Part shown: positions 1 to 10,119 of the stretch, piece after piece
Layout: each line of letters opens with the position of its first letter
Numbering within the stretch: position 1 is the stretch's first letter
Source: an uncultured Candidatus Saccharibacteria bacterium
Lineage (GTDB): Bacteria > Patescibacteriota > Dojkabacteria > J137
Reading direction: 5' to 3'
Length of the DNA stretch: 64,000 bases
NCBI GenBank assembly: GCA_964607415.1
Contig: CAZSKK010000002.1
Span: 73,991 to 137,990 of the forward strand
Notes under the pieces: generated by a model
What the model was told of the DNA's origin: nothing
What the model saw: only the letters and a program-made list of their open reading frames with translations
Database searches by the model: none
Made by a program: the position numbers and the translations under genes

Positions 1-1511
1 GAAAGAATTGTAGAAATAATAGATGCATAAGTTGAAGGTCTTCCTATTCCCAATTCTTCCAACTTCTTTATTAATGTAGCCTCGCTAAACCTTGCAGGTG
101 GTTTTGTAAAATGTTGTTTACACAAAATATCGCTTGCATATAGTTCCTGACCTTTTTTAAGTTCTGGAAGAATATTTTCTGCTTGTTTTTCTCTTAAAAC
201 TTTTAAGAATCCGTCAAATAACACTCTTGAACCATTTGCTCTAAACCTATACTCATCAATAACAATATCTACTTGCAATGTTTCAAATAAAGCTGAACTC
301 ATTTGAGAAGCCATTGCCCTATTTCTAATTAAATCGTAAATCTTCTTTTCGTCCGTATCCAATCCTATCGCATCAGCTGTTAACTCAACATTTACAGGTC
401 TAATACATTCATGCGCTTCTTGAGCATTTTTTGACTTTGTTTTATAAATCAATGGTCTTTCTGGAACATACTTTGAACCGTATTTAGATTCAACAAATTT
501 TCTTGTTTTTGCAACTGCTTCATCAGACATTGTTACAGAATCAGTTCTCATATAAGTGATATGCCCATTTTCATAAAGCTTTTGAGCTATTGTCATTGTT
601 CTTTTTGCAGAAAATCCCAATGTGTTAACCGCAGCCTGTTGTAACGTGCTTGTTATGAATGGAGGTTTAGCATTTCTAGCCTGATTCGATTTAGTAACTG
701 AGTCTATGATCCATTTAGAGTTTTTAATCTTACCCACAACTTCTTCACTACTTGTTTTATTTGGAAGCTCGGCCTTCTTGCCCTTTACCTCAACTAGTGA
801 AAATTTAATACCTTGCTTGTCTTTAAAGCTTATTTCTTCCTCCTCTTCGCTTACCTCCTTTTCAATATTTACAAAGTTGATTTCAATCTTTGATTTTTTT
901 TCTTCGTGTAAAAGACTATCAATGCTCCAATATTCTTTAGCATCAAAGGCTTCGCGTTCAATTTCTTTCTCAACAACTAGTCTAACCGCAGCGGATTGAA
1001 CCCTACCTGCTGAAAGACCAAAAGAAATCTTTTTCCATAGTAGCGGTGAAAGTTTATAACCTACAAGCCTATCCAGGATTCTTCGTGCTTGCTGTGAGTT
1101 AACAAGATCCATATTTAAATCTCTTGGAGAATTTATGGCTTCTTCTATAGCTTTTTTTGAAATCTCGTGGAAAACAATTCTTTCAAGCTTATTTCCTGCT
1201 TTGATTTTATTTTTTGAATCAAGTGCTCCTAATTTTTGCGCAATGTGCCACCCAATGGCTTCCCCTTCTCTATCCATATCCACAGCCAGTATAAGTTTAT
1301 CTGCATTTTTATAAGCATCCTTGAGCTTCTTTAAAGAATCCTTTTTAGTTACAACATAATTAGGTTTAAAGTTATGTTCAACATCAACCCCAATATCAGA
1401 TTTAGGAAGGTCAATAACATGACCTTTAGAAGCTATAACTTCATAGCTTTTGCCAAGGTATTTTTTTATTGTTTTTGCTTTTGATGGTGATTCTACAACA
1501 ACTAAATTCAT
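1..1511 (-). CDS. topA: DNA topoisomerase I (3' end cut off by window edge)
   Basis: Not in the ORF track. Reverse-strand ATG at 1511 reads MNLVVVESPSKAKTIKKYLG (TOPRIM start). Also DMDREGEAIGWH, SAGRVQS, active-site ITYMRTDS and GIGRPSTYA. Confidence 0.97.
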   Translation of the reverse strand, partial: MNLVVVESPSKAKTIKKYLGKSYEVIASKGHVIDLPKSDIGVDVEHNFKPNYVVTKKDSLKKLKDAYKNADKLILAVDMDREGEAIGWHIAQKLGALDSKNKIKAGNKLERIVFHEISKKAIEEAINSPRDLNMDLVNSQQARRILDRLVGYKLSPLLWKKISFGLSAGRVQSAAVRLVVEKEIEREAFDAKEYWSIDSLLHEEKKSKIEINFVNIEKEVSEEEEEISFKDKQGIKFSLVEVKGKKAELPNKTSSEEVVGKIKNSKWIIDSVTKSNQARNAKPPFITSTLQQAAVNTLGFSAKRTMTIAQKLYENGHITYMRTDSVTMSDEAVAKTRKFVESKYGSKYVPERPLIYKTKSKNAQEAHECIRPVNVELTADAIGLDTDEKKIYDLIRNRAMASQMSSALFETLQVDIVIDEYRFRANGSRVLFDGFLKVLREKQAENILPELKKGQELYASDILCKQHFTKPPARFSEATLIKKLEELGIGRPSTYASIISTIL

Positions 1512-1515
1512 AAAA

Positions 1516-2667
1516 TTATGCTAATTCATAATTACCGTAAATATTTTTTCTAATTAAATCTTTTAACTCTAAAACGCTGCACACACTTGTTACTTTATCT
1601 ATAGTCCAGTTTAGCTCTAAACTCAAATCCATCTCGTTTAAGGTTTTCAAGGCTATAAAAGAGTACACGTCGGATTCATCTTTTGTCAAGCTTTCCAAAA
1701 ATTTATTATTCTTAACCTTACCCCCAATCTCATCTGTAGAATAACCTAATTCCTCTAAAATGTCATCAGCGTTTGTTACTAACTTAGCCTTTGAGTTCTT
1801 TATTAAATCATTAGAACCTTTTGCATTTTCAGTAAAAATACTTCCAGGTATACAAAAAACATCTTTATTATAGTCAAGCGCAAGATCAGCTGTAATTAAA
1901 CTTCCGCTTTTATTTGGAGCTTCAATTACTAATGTTGCCATAGAAATTCCAGCAACTAATCTATTACGCTCTGCAAACATTCCAGCAACAACATTTGTGT
2001 TAGGCAAGTATTCTGAAATTATAACTCCACCAGAATCAAGAATCTGATTATAGATTGAAATGTTACCTTTAGGCAAGCAGTTGTCTACCGATCCTGCTAA
2101 AATTGCAGCAGTATACCCACCATTATGGAATGTTGACTTGTGTGCCTCTGCATCAATACCAAATGCTAGACCACTTACAATACAAAATCCGTTTTGACTT
2201 AATTGAGAACAAATAAAATTTGCTGCTTTTTTGCCGTACTCGGTAATTTTCCTTGTCCCAACTACCGAAATTGATTTATCAAGGGTTTCTTTTTTATAAT
2301 TCCCTTTGTAAAAAATGATAATTGGTGGGTCAGGCATGTTTCTTAGCCCTGAAGGAAATCCATCTTCCCAAAAACATAAATAACTTATACATCTTCTTTC
2401 CAATTCCTTTTCCAACTTGTATATTTCAGGTTCTGAACTTATTGCATTTACAATTTTAAGTTTTACATCGTCAGAGATATCCGATTCCTTGTACTGTAGG
2501 ACTATTTGGTCCAAATCACCATAAAAATCAAAAAGAGTTTTGACTGACTTTCTTCCTAAGCCCTTCTGATTTATAAGTGCTAAAGTTAACCTTCTTTTTT
2601 GTTCTATTGATAAATTTCTCACATTAGCAATTTTAAAAGCATTCTGCTGGAAAATCGGCATTAACAC
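1516..2667 (-). CDS. dprA: DNA-processing protein DprA
   Basis: VVGTR, IVSGLAFGIDAEAH, RNRLVAG, SGSLITA motifs; classic dprA-topA adjacency. True start may be a little downstream of 2667. Confidence 0.95.
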   Translation of the reverse strand: MLMPIFQQNAFKIANVRNLSIEQKRRLTLALINQKGLGRKSVKTLFDFYGDLDQIVLQYKESDISDDVKLKIVNAISSEPEIYKLEKELERRCISYLCFWEDGFPSGLRNMPDPPIIIFYKGNYKKETLDKSISVVGTRKITEYGKKAANFICSQLSQNGFCIVSGLAFGIDAEAHKSTFHNGGYTAAILAGSVDNCLPKGNISIYNQILDSGGVIISEYLPNTNVVAGMFAERNRLVAGISMATLVIEAPNKSGSLITADLALDYNKDVFCIPGSIFTENAKGSNDLIKNSKAKLVTNADDILEELGYSTDEIGGKVKNNKFLESLTKDESDVYSFIALKTLNEMDLSLELNWTIDKVTSVCSVLELKDLIRKNIYGNYELA

Positions 2668-4435
2668 ATGCCAAATAATTTCCTAGATAAGGAGCCATGT
2701 AGTAACTACCAGGTCCAAATATAGAAAACATTACGAAGGAATAGGACTTACCTTTTTTGTCAAACGTTCCTATAATCCAACTGTTAGTTCTTGGATATGC
2801 AATTCCATCAATAATCTCGAAGGTTTCTGCCGTACCAGTTTTTACCCTTAAATTTATTGGTAAATCATTTAAAAATCCATACACAAAACTTTCTGGATTA
2901 TGCGCAGTTCCATACATTCCTGAAAGAATCAATTCTCTACTCTCCTCACTCATAGGTATGGTTTTTTGTACTGTTGGTCCGTAATTTTCGATCTTGCTTT
3001 TATCAAACTCTTCAACAGATTTGATTAGATGTGGAGTATAATAAATTCCCTGATTATTGATACTTGATGCGACCATTACCATCTGGATTGGTGTCGTAAC
3101 AACCGACCCTTGCCCAATTGTCGCATTACATGTATCTCCACTAAACCAACGCTGATTGAAAGTATTCATTTTATATTCAGGAGAATCCATATTCCCTGTA
3201 ACTTCCCCAGAAATGTTAACTCCGGTTAAACCACCAATATTAAATAGCCTTGCCGTTTCGACAAATCTATTGATTCCATAATTTTTCTCAAGTTCAAGCA
3301 TGTAATTACAAAAGAATACATTACTGGATTTATAAATAGCTCTTTCTATATTCATTTCTCCGTAAAAAAGTTTATTAAATTCGCAAAACTCACTGCCCGG
3401 GAAATAGATGCACCTATTAGAATAATAAATTGAATTCCTGTCTATAATATTGTTTTCAAGTAAAGTATAGGCAGAAATCACTTTAAAAATTGATCCAGGA
3501 GTGGCTTGTGCGCCTATTGCTTTATCCGAGAGTGGCTTTTTATAATCGTTTAACAACGATTGATAATAATTGAAATCTAGTCCTTGCGAAACTTTATTTG
3601 TATCAAAGCCTGGATAACTAGTCATTGCGATAACTTCACCTGTTTCATTATCAACAACTATTCCCGCACCTCCTGGAGTATTATATGTTTCAATGTAGTC
3701 TTTCAATACTCTATAAAAAGATCTTTGCCAGTTGCTATCAATTGTTAAAACTATATTCTTTCCTGGTTGCCCCTGCTGTTCTGTAATTACATCCCCTGTT
3801 TTTGCAACTTTTCCTTTTACGCCTTTTAATTGTTCTTCTAAATCCTTCTCAAGTTTATACTTACCAAGCTGATCGTTAATACTATAATTATTTTTTAGGT
3901 CTTCTTCACTAGCTATACCTGTATACCCAAGTATATGAGCAAATTCTTCAGGAAAAGCATACTCTCTTTTGTAGCCTGAGTTAAAATAAATGTAGCTATC
4001 TTGGCTAAAAGATTCCTTTAATTGATAGCTTTCTTCTGCAGATAGATTAAATAGCAACCTTACATCTTTTTCTTTTGTCAATTCTAAGTTAGCTCTTAGT
4101 GCAACTTTATCTACTGATAGCGTTTTTTCAATTTTTTCCACAATAGCTTCCTTGGTTTCTGAGGAGTAGTTATTCTGTTTGATAAACATATCATACTTGA
4201 TCACATTTTGTACTAATGGGATACCATTTCTATCAAAAAAAAGCCCACGTTCTGGTTGAAAATAGTTTTGAATAACATTTAGCGATTTTGCTTTGGCATC
4301 GTAGGAACTTCCATTTAAAGCCTGTATATTAAAAAGACTTACAAACAGAATTACAGCCAAAAGCGTAAAAGCAATAAATAAACCCAGAGGCTTTGAATGC
4401 ATAGCCTTAACCTTTGGACTATTTATAGTTTCCAA
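2633..4435 (-). CDS. mrdA: Class B penicillin-binding protein 2 (transpeptidase)
   Basis: N-terminal TM, RG-x-x-x-DRNG dimerisation motif, SxxK (GSIFK), SxN (SSN), KTG; lies downstream of mreB. Confidence 0.9.
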   Translation of the reverse strand: METINSPKVKAMHSKPLGLFIAFTLLAVILFVSLFNIQALNGSSYDAKAKSLNVIQNYFQPERGLFFDRNGIPLVQNVIKYDMFIKQNNYSSETKEAIVEKIEKTLSVDKVALRANLELTKEKDVRLLFNLSAEESYQLKESFSQDSYIYFNSGYKREYAFPEEFAHILGYTGIASEEDLKNNYSINDQLGKYKLEKDLEEQLKGVKGKVAKTGDVITEQQGQPGKNIVLTIDSNWQRSFYRVLKDYIETYNTPGGAGIVVDNETGEVIAMTSYPGFDTNKVSQGLDFNYYQSLLNDYKKPLSDKAIGAQATPGSIFKVISAYTLLENNIIDRNSIYYSNRCIYFPGSEFCEFNKLFYGEMNIERAIYKSSNVFFCNYMLELEKNYGINRFVETARLFNIGGLTGVNISGEVTGNMDSPEYKMNTFNQRWFSGDTCNATIGQGSVVTTPIQMVMVASSINNQGIYYTPHLIKSVEEFDKSKIENYGPTVQKTIPMSEESRELILSGMYGTAHNPESFVYGFLNDLPINLRVKTGTAETFEIIDGIAYPRTNSWIIGTFDKKGKSYSFVMFSIFGPGSYYMAPYLGNYLACVNADFPAECF

Positions 4436-4494
4436 ACTATCAATTTTAAAAACCTTTAAATTTTTAGTTATTTTTGGTCTTTATAACAACTAAA

Positions 4495-5541
4495 CTATTT
4501 AAGTATAAGATCCTTTACTTGAACTTTCTCTAACAGTTGGGGATTTTGCATTAAAACTTGTAAGCCTCTTAGCACAGAAAAATTAGGATCATTATCTAAT
4601 TTTACTGGCATTTTTAGTTTTCTCGAAAGAAATTTATCCAGATTTTTTATCTGAGCACCACCTCCCGAGAGCGTTAATCCTTCAGATAAAAGATCTGAAA
4701 CAATTTCAGGTGGGGATTTTTCAATAGCATCTCTTATTGCCATTGTGATTTCATCTACTACAGGCATCAATGCCTCACTAGCTTCTACGGTTGAAAATTC
4801 CACAGCTTTAGGCAGACCGGAAAGCATATCCTGCCCTTTTATATTCATTGTTTCAATTTTGCTTGGAAGTACATCTCCAATTTGAATCTTTGCATCTTCT
4901 GCCATTTTAATACCTATCTTCAAATTATATTTGTTTTTAATATAATCTAAAATAGACTTATCCATTTCGTCACCAGCTACATTTATTGTATTATCTACAA
5001 CAACTCCACCCAAAGACATTACTGCTATATCAGTTGTTCCACCTCCAATATCAACAATCATAGATCCGCTAGCATCTTCTATTTTAAGATCAGCCCCAAT
5101 TGCACTTGCAACAGGTTCTTCTACAATATAAACTTTTCTAGCCCCTGCTGATTTAGCTGCATCAACAACTGCATTAATCTCAACTTCTGTAATCAAAGAT
5201 GGAACTCCTACTATCACTCGTGTTATTGCCATGCTCTTAAAAAAACCATTTTTATCTTTAACTTTATTAATGAAAAATCTTATCATAGCCTCAGTTGCAT
5301 CAAAATCAGAAATTACACCATCTTTTAACGGTTGAGTTGCAACAATTGTACCTGGAGTCCTTCCAATCATTTGTCTGGCATCTACACCTACAGCAAGAAT
5401 TTGCCTTGTGATTGTATTAAAAGCAACAACAGATGGCTCTCGAATAAGGTTTTTAGAACCTTTAACAGCAACTCTAATATTAGCTGTCCCTAAATCAATA
5501 GCTATGTCTTGAAAAAGTGAATTAAACATACGAAAATCCAA
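4495..5541 (-). CDS. mreB: Rod shape-determining protein MreB (paralog 1)
   Basis: IDLGTAN, PLKDGVI, VDIGGGTTD, LSGGGA actin-ATPase motifs. Confidence 0.95.
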   Translation of the reverse strand: MDFRMFNSLFQDIAIDLGTANIRVAVKGSKNLIREPSVVAFNTITRQILAVGVDARQMIGRTPGTIVATQPLKDGVISDFDATEAMIRFFINKVKDKNGFFKSMAITRVIVGVPSLITEVEINAVVDAAKSAGARKVYIVEEPVASAIGADLKIEDASGSMIVDIGGGTTDIAVMSLGGVVVDNTINVAGDEMDKSILDYIKNKYNLKIGIKMAEDAKIQIGDVLPSKIETMNIKGQDMLSGLPKAVEFSTVEASEALMPVVDEITMAIRDAIEKSPPEIVSDLLSEGLTLSGGGAQIKNLDKFLSRKLKMPVKLDNDPNFSVLRGLQVLMQNPQLLEKVQVKDLILK

Positions 5542-5688
5542 TTTTTAAATAAATCTAATTTTTAAAACTGTTTGAAAATTAAAAAATTGCAAAATTAATT
5601 AATTGTTTCTAGGTGATTATACCTTTATTTGTTGGGGCAAAACAGTGTAATTAAGCTGTTTTGAAGATTTTATTCATTGGTAAGAAAA

Positions 5689-5761
5689 AGCCGCTGTGCA
5701 GGATCGAACTGCAGACCTTTCCCTTACCATGGGAATGCTCTACCAGCTGAGCTACAGCGGC
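5689..5761 (-). tRNA. tRNA-Thr(GGT)
   Basis: Cloverleaf GCCGCTG...CAGCGGC-T, anticodon GGT, TTCGA T-loop; CCA not encoded. Confidence 0.95.
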
Positions 5762-5777
5762 GGGCAAATTTTAATTT

Positions 5778-5861
5778 TCCGGAGAGAAGGATTTGAACCT
5801 CCGTAACCCTAAGGGTGCCTGATTTACAGTCAGGTGCGATTGACCACTCCGCCATCTCCGG
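5778..5861 (-). tRNA. tRNA-Tyr(GTA), long variable arm, C1:G72
   Basis: CCGGAGA/TCTCCGG acceptor stem, CCTGA-CTGTAAA-TCAGG anticodon arm, long V-arm. Confidence 0.95.
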
Positions 5862-5902
5862 GTAATAAGCAATAATTTAAGTATAAGTTAAGTAAATATT
5901 TA

Positions 5903-5931
5903 TATTCTCAACAGCATAATATGCTGTTTCA
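5903..5931. repeat. Dispersed hairpin element (8-bp stem, 3-nt loop)
   Basis: TATTCTC-AACAGCAT-AAT-ATGCTGTT-TC; same family as 21331, 42348, 42680, 44584, 51861, 51901 and 61487. Confidence 0.8.
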
Positions 5932-5966
5932 TACTATTGCTATCGCTTACACTATTGCTAATTCTA

Positions 5967-6039
5967 AGCCACTCGTCAGACTCGAACTGACGACCCGCTG
6001 TTTACAAAACAGCTGCTCTACCAACTGAGCTAGAGTGGC
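5967..6039 (-). tRNA. tRNA-Thr(TGT)
   Basis: GCCACTC...GAGTGGC-T cloverleaf, anticodon TGT. Confidence 0.95.
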
Positions 6040-6258
6040 GGATTTTGTTTAAATCTGTAGATTAAAATATCACAGATCTTGCTATTGCTCAACAGAAAAT
6101 ATTTAAGTATAATTGATTACTTTTAAAAGAGCACTAGAAGTATAACAAAAAATCTTTAAAAATTACAAAGCAAACTACTAGAAAAATAATTAATAGTTTG
6201 CCACAATATAGATTTTTTGTGCTAAAATAACTTCGTTTAATTTAAGAAAGAGAAAATC

Positions 6259-6513
6259 ATGGCTAAAAAATGCGACCTAACAGGAAAAAAAACAGTTTTT
6301 GGTGGAAATAGAAAGCACAGAAGAGGATCTTCAGGAGGAGGAGGTAAATGGAGATTTAAAGCCCAAAGAACTTCTAGAAAATGGGAGCCTAATTTAAGAA
6401 CTGTTAGAGTAATCGCTAACGGCGTCCCTCAGACGATCAAAGTATCCATGAAGGCTTACAAAAAAATAAAAGAATTCCCAACAAGCAAAAACGGAAGAAT
6501 CATTTTAGACTAA
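6259..6513 (+). CDS. rpmB: 50S ribosomal protein L28
   Basis: MAKKCDLTGKK...R-x-W-x-PNL pattern, small and basic; Gly-rich insert. Confidence 0.92.
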   Translation: MAKKCDLTGKKTVFGGNRKHRRGSSGGGGKWRFKAQRTSRKWEPNLRTVRVIANGVPQTIKVSMKAYKKIKEFPTSKNGRIILD

Positions 6514-6517
6514 CTAA

Positions 6518-7234
6518 ATGATAATTTTTGGAAAAAATACAGTATTGGAGGCTTTAAGATCTGATTTTAATTCAGAAGAAGTTTTTGTGGATAACACTTC
6601 AGACAAATCCAATAAAATCCCTGAAATAATAGCTATCGCTAAAACCAAAAACGTAAAAGTAACTTTTCTTGGAAACAGGCAATTAAGTAAAATCGCGGGA
6701 ACCGAAGATCATCAAAGTGTTGCATTAAAAGTTGATTACAAGCCCTACCCTTCACTAAAAAAGTTTTCAGATAGTAATTTAATCGAAGGCTCATTTATAT
6801 ACATATATGATTCTCAACTAACACATAATATTGGTGCAATAACCAGAAGTGCCGAATGCGCTGGCTTAAAAGGTGTAATTTTACCACACAAGATCGATAT
6901 TACTCCTGCAAATGCAAAAACATCGGTTGGAAGCATTTTTAATATTCCAATTATTAACGAATCGATATTTGAAACAATTAAGACATTTAAGCATAATGGT
7001 TACAAAATATTTGCAATAGAAAGAGGTGGAGAAAATTATTTTGATCAAGACATTTCAGGCGATTGTCTATTTATAATTGGTGGTGAGGATAAGTCCCTGG
7101 GTAACAACATCCTTGAAAGATGTGATGCAGTTTTGACAATTCCACAATTTGGAAAAGTAAACTCTTTAAATATGAGTGTCGCTGCCAGTATAATAATGTA
7201 TGAGCATGTGAGACAGAGACTGACCAATTCTTAA
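6518..7234 (+). CDS. rlmB: TrmH/SpoU-family rRNA methyltransferase (RlmB-like)
   Basis: IFGKN start, HNIGAITRSAE, IIGGEDK, SLNMSVAA SPOUT motifs. Confidence 0.85.
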   Translation: MIIFGKNTVLEALRSDFNSEEVFVDNTSDKSNKIPEIIAIAKTKNVKVTFLGNRQLSKIAGTEDHQSVALKVDYKPYPSLKKFSDSNLIEGSFIYIYDSQLTHNIGAITRSAECAGLKGVILPHKIDITPANAKTSVGSIFNIPIINESIFETIKTFKHNGYKIFAIERGGENYFDQDISGDCLFIIGGEDKSLGNNILERCDAVLTIPQFGKVNSLNMSVAASIIMYEHVRQRLTNS

Positions 7235-7330
7235 ATTTTTTAATTTTTGAAACTTAGTTCATGTTTCAAAAATTAAGTTTATTCAAAAATTCAGAAATTT
7301 TCTTAGATCTTAATTCTTAATTCAAAAATT

Positions 7331-8089
7331 GTGTTCAAAGAAGAAGGTAGAACTTGGCTATACTTCATAGGAATAATAATAATGTTTGGTATTTTAATTA
7401 CCATCAGTTCTGACGTACTAGTACCATTCATTTACGGAAGAAGATCAATAGACCTAACCCCAAATGATTTTAATGATGCACCTAACTTTACACTTGACTT
7501 AAGTAAGGATTACCTTGCAAATATTGTTACAAATTATGGAACAATAACCCTTGATTTATATGAAGATAGGGCACCTCAGAATGTGAACAACTTTGTTTAT
7601 CTTTCCAACGAAGGCTACTATTCTAGGACCAAATTCCATAGGCTTATTAGCGATTTTTTACTTCAAGGTGGAGACAGGAACACACTAGATGAAGAAGACG
7701 GAAATGATGGAAAAGGAAGACCAAACTATCTAATTAAAGATGAAATAAATTGGGATAGTCTGGATCTGAATCAGAGTATACGAAATGAGCTTTCCAGTAA
7801 AGGATATTCTTCCACTCCAGGCATCGAAACTCTTAAATTCGAGCGATTCAGTGTTGGAATGGCTAATGCTGGAGCTAATACAAACGGTTCTCAATTTTTT
7901 ATTATAATTGCAAATTTTGATGATCCTAGAATTCAAGAACTTGATGGAAGGTTTACGCCAATTGGAAAGATAATAAGCGGTGGAATTGTATTAACGGAGA
8001 TTTCACAAATTCCCACAGAAGAAAAAAATAGTCAACCTACCCCTACCAAGGATATTGTTATAGAAAGAATAGAAATCTATAACAGATAG
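7331..8089 (+). CDS. Membrane-anchored cyclophilin-type peptidyl-prolyl isomerase
   Basis: N-terminal TM; FHRLI..F.LQGGD and MANAG.NTNGSQFFI motifs. Confidence 0.92.
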   Translation: MFKEEGRTWLYFIGIIIMFGILITISSDVLVPFIYGRRSIDLTPNDFNDAPNFTLDLSKDYLANIVTNYGTITLDLYEDRAPQNVNNFVYLSNEGYYSRTKFHRLISDFLLQGGDRNTLDEEDGNDGKGRPNYLIKDEINWDSLDLNQSIRNELSSKGYSSTPGIETLKFERFSVGMANAGANTNGSQFFIIIANFDDPRIQELDGRFTPIGKIISGGIVLTEISQIPTEEKNSQPTPTKDIVIERIEIYNR

Positions 8090-8146
8090 TACATTTCCCC
8101 CCAACAAAACGATATCTCTGAGATTACTTAATTTATTAGGTTAGTC

Positions 8147-8710
8147 TTGATGAGCAAATTTTTTAGTAAACTCAGCAAAATTCTTATATGTGCACTGTTT
8201 ATAAGTTCAGTAATAGTTTTAATACTAAGTTTTTACTTCACATTTCAAAGTGATGGTAAGTTAGTTTTTACAAAAGAAGTCCCAAAAGAAAGTGCGTTGT
8301 TAAAAAACTATGCTTATATATCTGGTCAAGTTAATAATCCTGGCGTCTATGAAATAAATTCAGCTACAAGAGTCATAGATTTGATCAATCTTGCGGCCGG
8401 TTTTACCGAAAATGCTGATCCTGATTATATTAACAACGAGTTAAATTTATCACGAAAAGTTCAAAATGAAGATCATATATTTATCAATTCAAAGATCACA
8501 AACAGTTCTCAACCCTCCAAAACAAGCAATCTTATAAATTTAAATACCGCAACAATTTCTGAACTCATGCAATTACCAGGTATTGGTGAATCTACCGGGC
8601 AAAAAATCATTGAAAATAGACCTTATTTATCTATCGAGGAGTTATTAGATGTTCCAGGCATTGGAGAATCAAAATTTAATCAAGTTAAACACTTAGTTTC
8701 GCTAGAATGA
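8147..8710 (+). CDS. comEA: Competence protein ComEA (SLBB + helix-hairpin-helix)
   Basis: ISGQVNNPGVY, INLNTAT, LPGIG and VPGIG HhH motifs. Confidence 0.92.
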   Translation: MMSKFFSKLSKILICALFISSVIVLILSFYFTFQSDGKLVFTKEVPKESALLKNYAYISGQVNNPGVYEINSATRVIDLINLAAGFTENADPDYINNELNLSRKVQNEDHIFINSKITNSSQPSKTSNLINLNTATISELMQLPGIGESTGQKIIENRPYLSIEELLDVPGIGESKFNQVKHLVSLE

Positions 8711-10119
8711 TCACATCGTTGTTTCTAAAACTTCTTATTCTAAGAAGGTATTTTAACAATCACCTGGCCTTAAATATCTCCATGGGCTTTATTATTGGAA
8801 GCTTAATTTTTCAATATCAACCCTTTGGGCTTATTTTGTTACTCTTTTGGTGCGGAATAAACTTCAGGTTATCTCTTATATTATTGGTATTTTCAGTGGT
8901 TTTTGGTTTTTACTATTCACAAATCTATATAAAAACCATCATTTTTCAAAACAAAAGCTATACAGCTTTAGATTCTGTAGAGCTTGTTGTTGCTTCTGCG
9001 CCTGTTCAAAAAGAATTCGGCACAGAGGCAATTGTAAAACTTAAAGGTGTCAAAGGAAACGCTCTTGCTATTTTTCCAAAATATAGCAAAGTTTCTATTG
9101 GAGATAATATAAAAGCTAACATTAAGTTTTTAGAAATAAACTTTGATGATAGCTACGGTAAATTTCTAATGTCACAGAAAATTTTTAATAAACTTGAAGT
9201 TAATAGATTTGAAATCACAGACAGCAAAACTAGCCTAAGCTCTATTGGATTTAGAATAAGCAAAAAATTTACTGAAAGCTCAAGCATGTATCTAAACGAA
9301 CCATACCTATCACTATTTAATGGTATAACTATTGGTAAAGACAACTTCAGCAAAGATTATAGCCAAAAAATAACTGCTTCAGGATTATCACATATATTAG
9401 CCGTTTCTGGATTCAACCTACTTCTGAGCTTTAATATTCTTTTGCGATTATCAGGGAAATTTAATCGAAAAAAACTAACTATAACCTCATGCTTATTTAT
9501 TTTTTCATATTTACTAGTTGTAGGTTTAAATAACTTGACGGCTTTACGTGCATTTATTGTAATAGTTCTGTTTTTAATAAGCTCCATTTATGGAAGAAAG
9601 TCCACACAGCAATCTATTTTAGCTTATAGCCTTGTGCTTCTTATTCTGATTTACCCGTATTATCTATCAAATATCAGCATTCAACTTTCAATTTCAGCTG
9701 CCCTTGGGATTATTTATTTTAAAGAACCGCTTAGCAGCAGGTTGCATCATCTGATAAAAAATAGTGTTTTATTAGACCTTATAGCAACATCGCTTGCAGC
9801 CTATTTTGCGACCCTACCCGTCATCCATCTTGCATTTCAAGAAAGCTCTGTAGCAGGGCTTATTACAAATATACTTGTACTACCATTAATTCCGTTTATA
9901 ACAATCTATGGGATACTGACTGAAATTTTAAGCCTTGCAGGTATTGAGCCTCTCAACAGGTTTATGTTTATAATAATCTATCCATTTATTTATTATATAG
10001 ATCTAATAATCCATGGCAGCTTTGAACTTGGATTACCAAATCTAAAGGGTTTAGGGCTCTTGCTTCCATACTTATTACTTTTTACTTACTTAATAATAGT
10101 TAAATCTAAAAATGAATAA
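8707..10119 (+). CDS. comEC: ComEC/Rec2 competence channel, membrane domain
   Basis: Polytopic; GLSHILAVSGFN motif; overlaps comEA stop (ATGA). Confidence 0.9.
   Translation: MITSLFLKLLILRRYFNNHLALNISMGFIIGSLIFQYQPFGLILLLFWCGINFRLSLILLVFSVVFGFYYSQIYIKTIIFQNKSYTALDSVELVVASAPVQKEFGTEAIVKLKGVKGNALAIFPKYSKVSIGDNIKANIKFLEINFDDSYGKFLMSQKIFNKLEVNRFEITDSKTSLSSIGFRISKKFTESSSMYLNEPYLSLFNGITIGKDNFSKDYSQKITASGLSHILAVSGFNLLLSFNILLRLSGKFNRKKLTITSCLFIFSYLLVVGLNNLTALRAFIVIVLFLISSIYGRKSTQQSILAYSLVLLILIYPYYLSNISIQLSISAALGIIYFKEPLSSRLHHLIKNSVLLDLIATSLAAYFATLPVIHLAFQESSVAGLITNILVLPLIPFITIYGILTEILSLAGIEPLNRFMFIIIYPFIYYIDLIIHGSFELGLPNLKGLGLLLPYLLLFTYLIIVKSKNE

Noticed and set aside
6586-6594. DnaA box (TGTGGATAA)
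   Set aside because: Single copy inside a coding region; no cluster or dnaA nearby.
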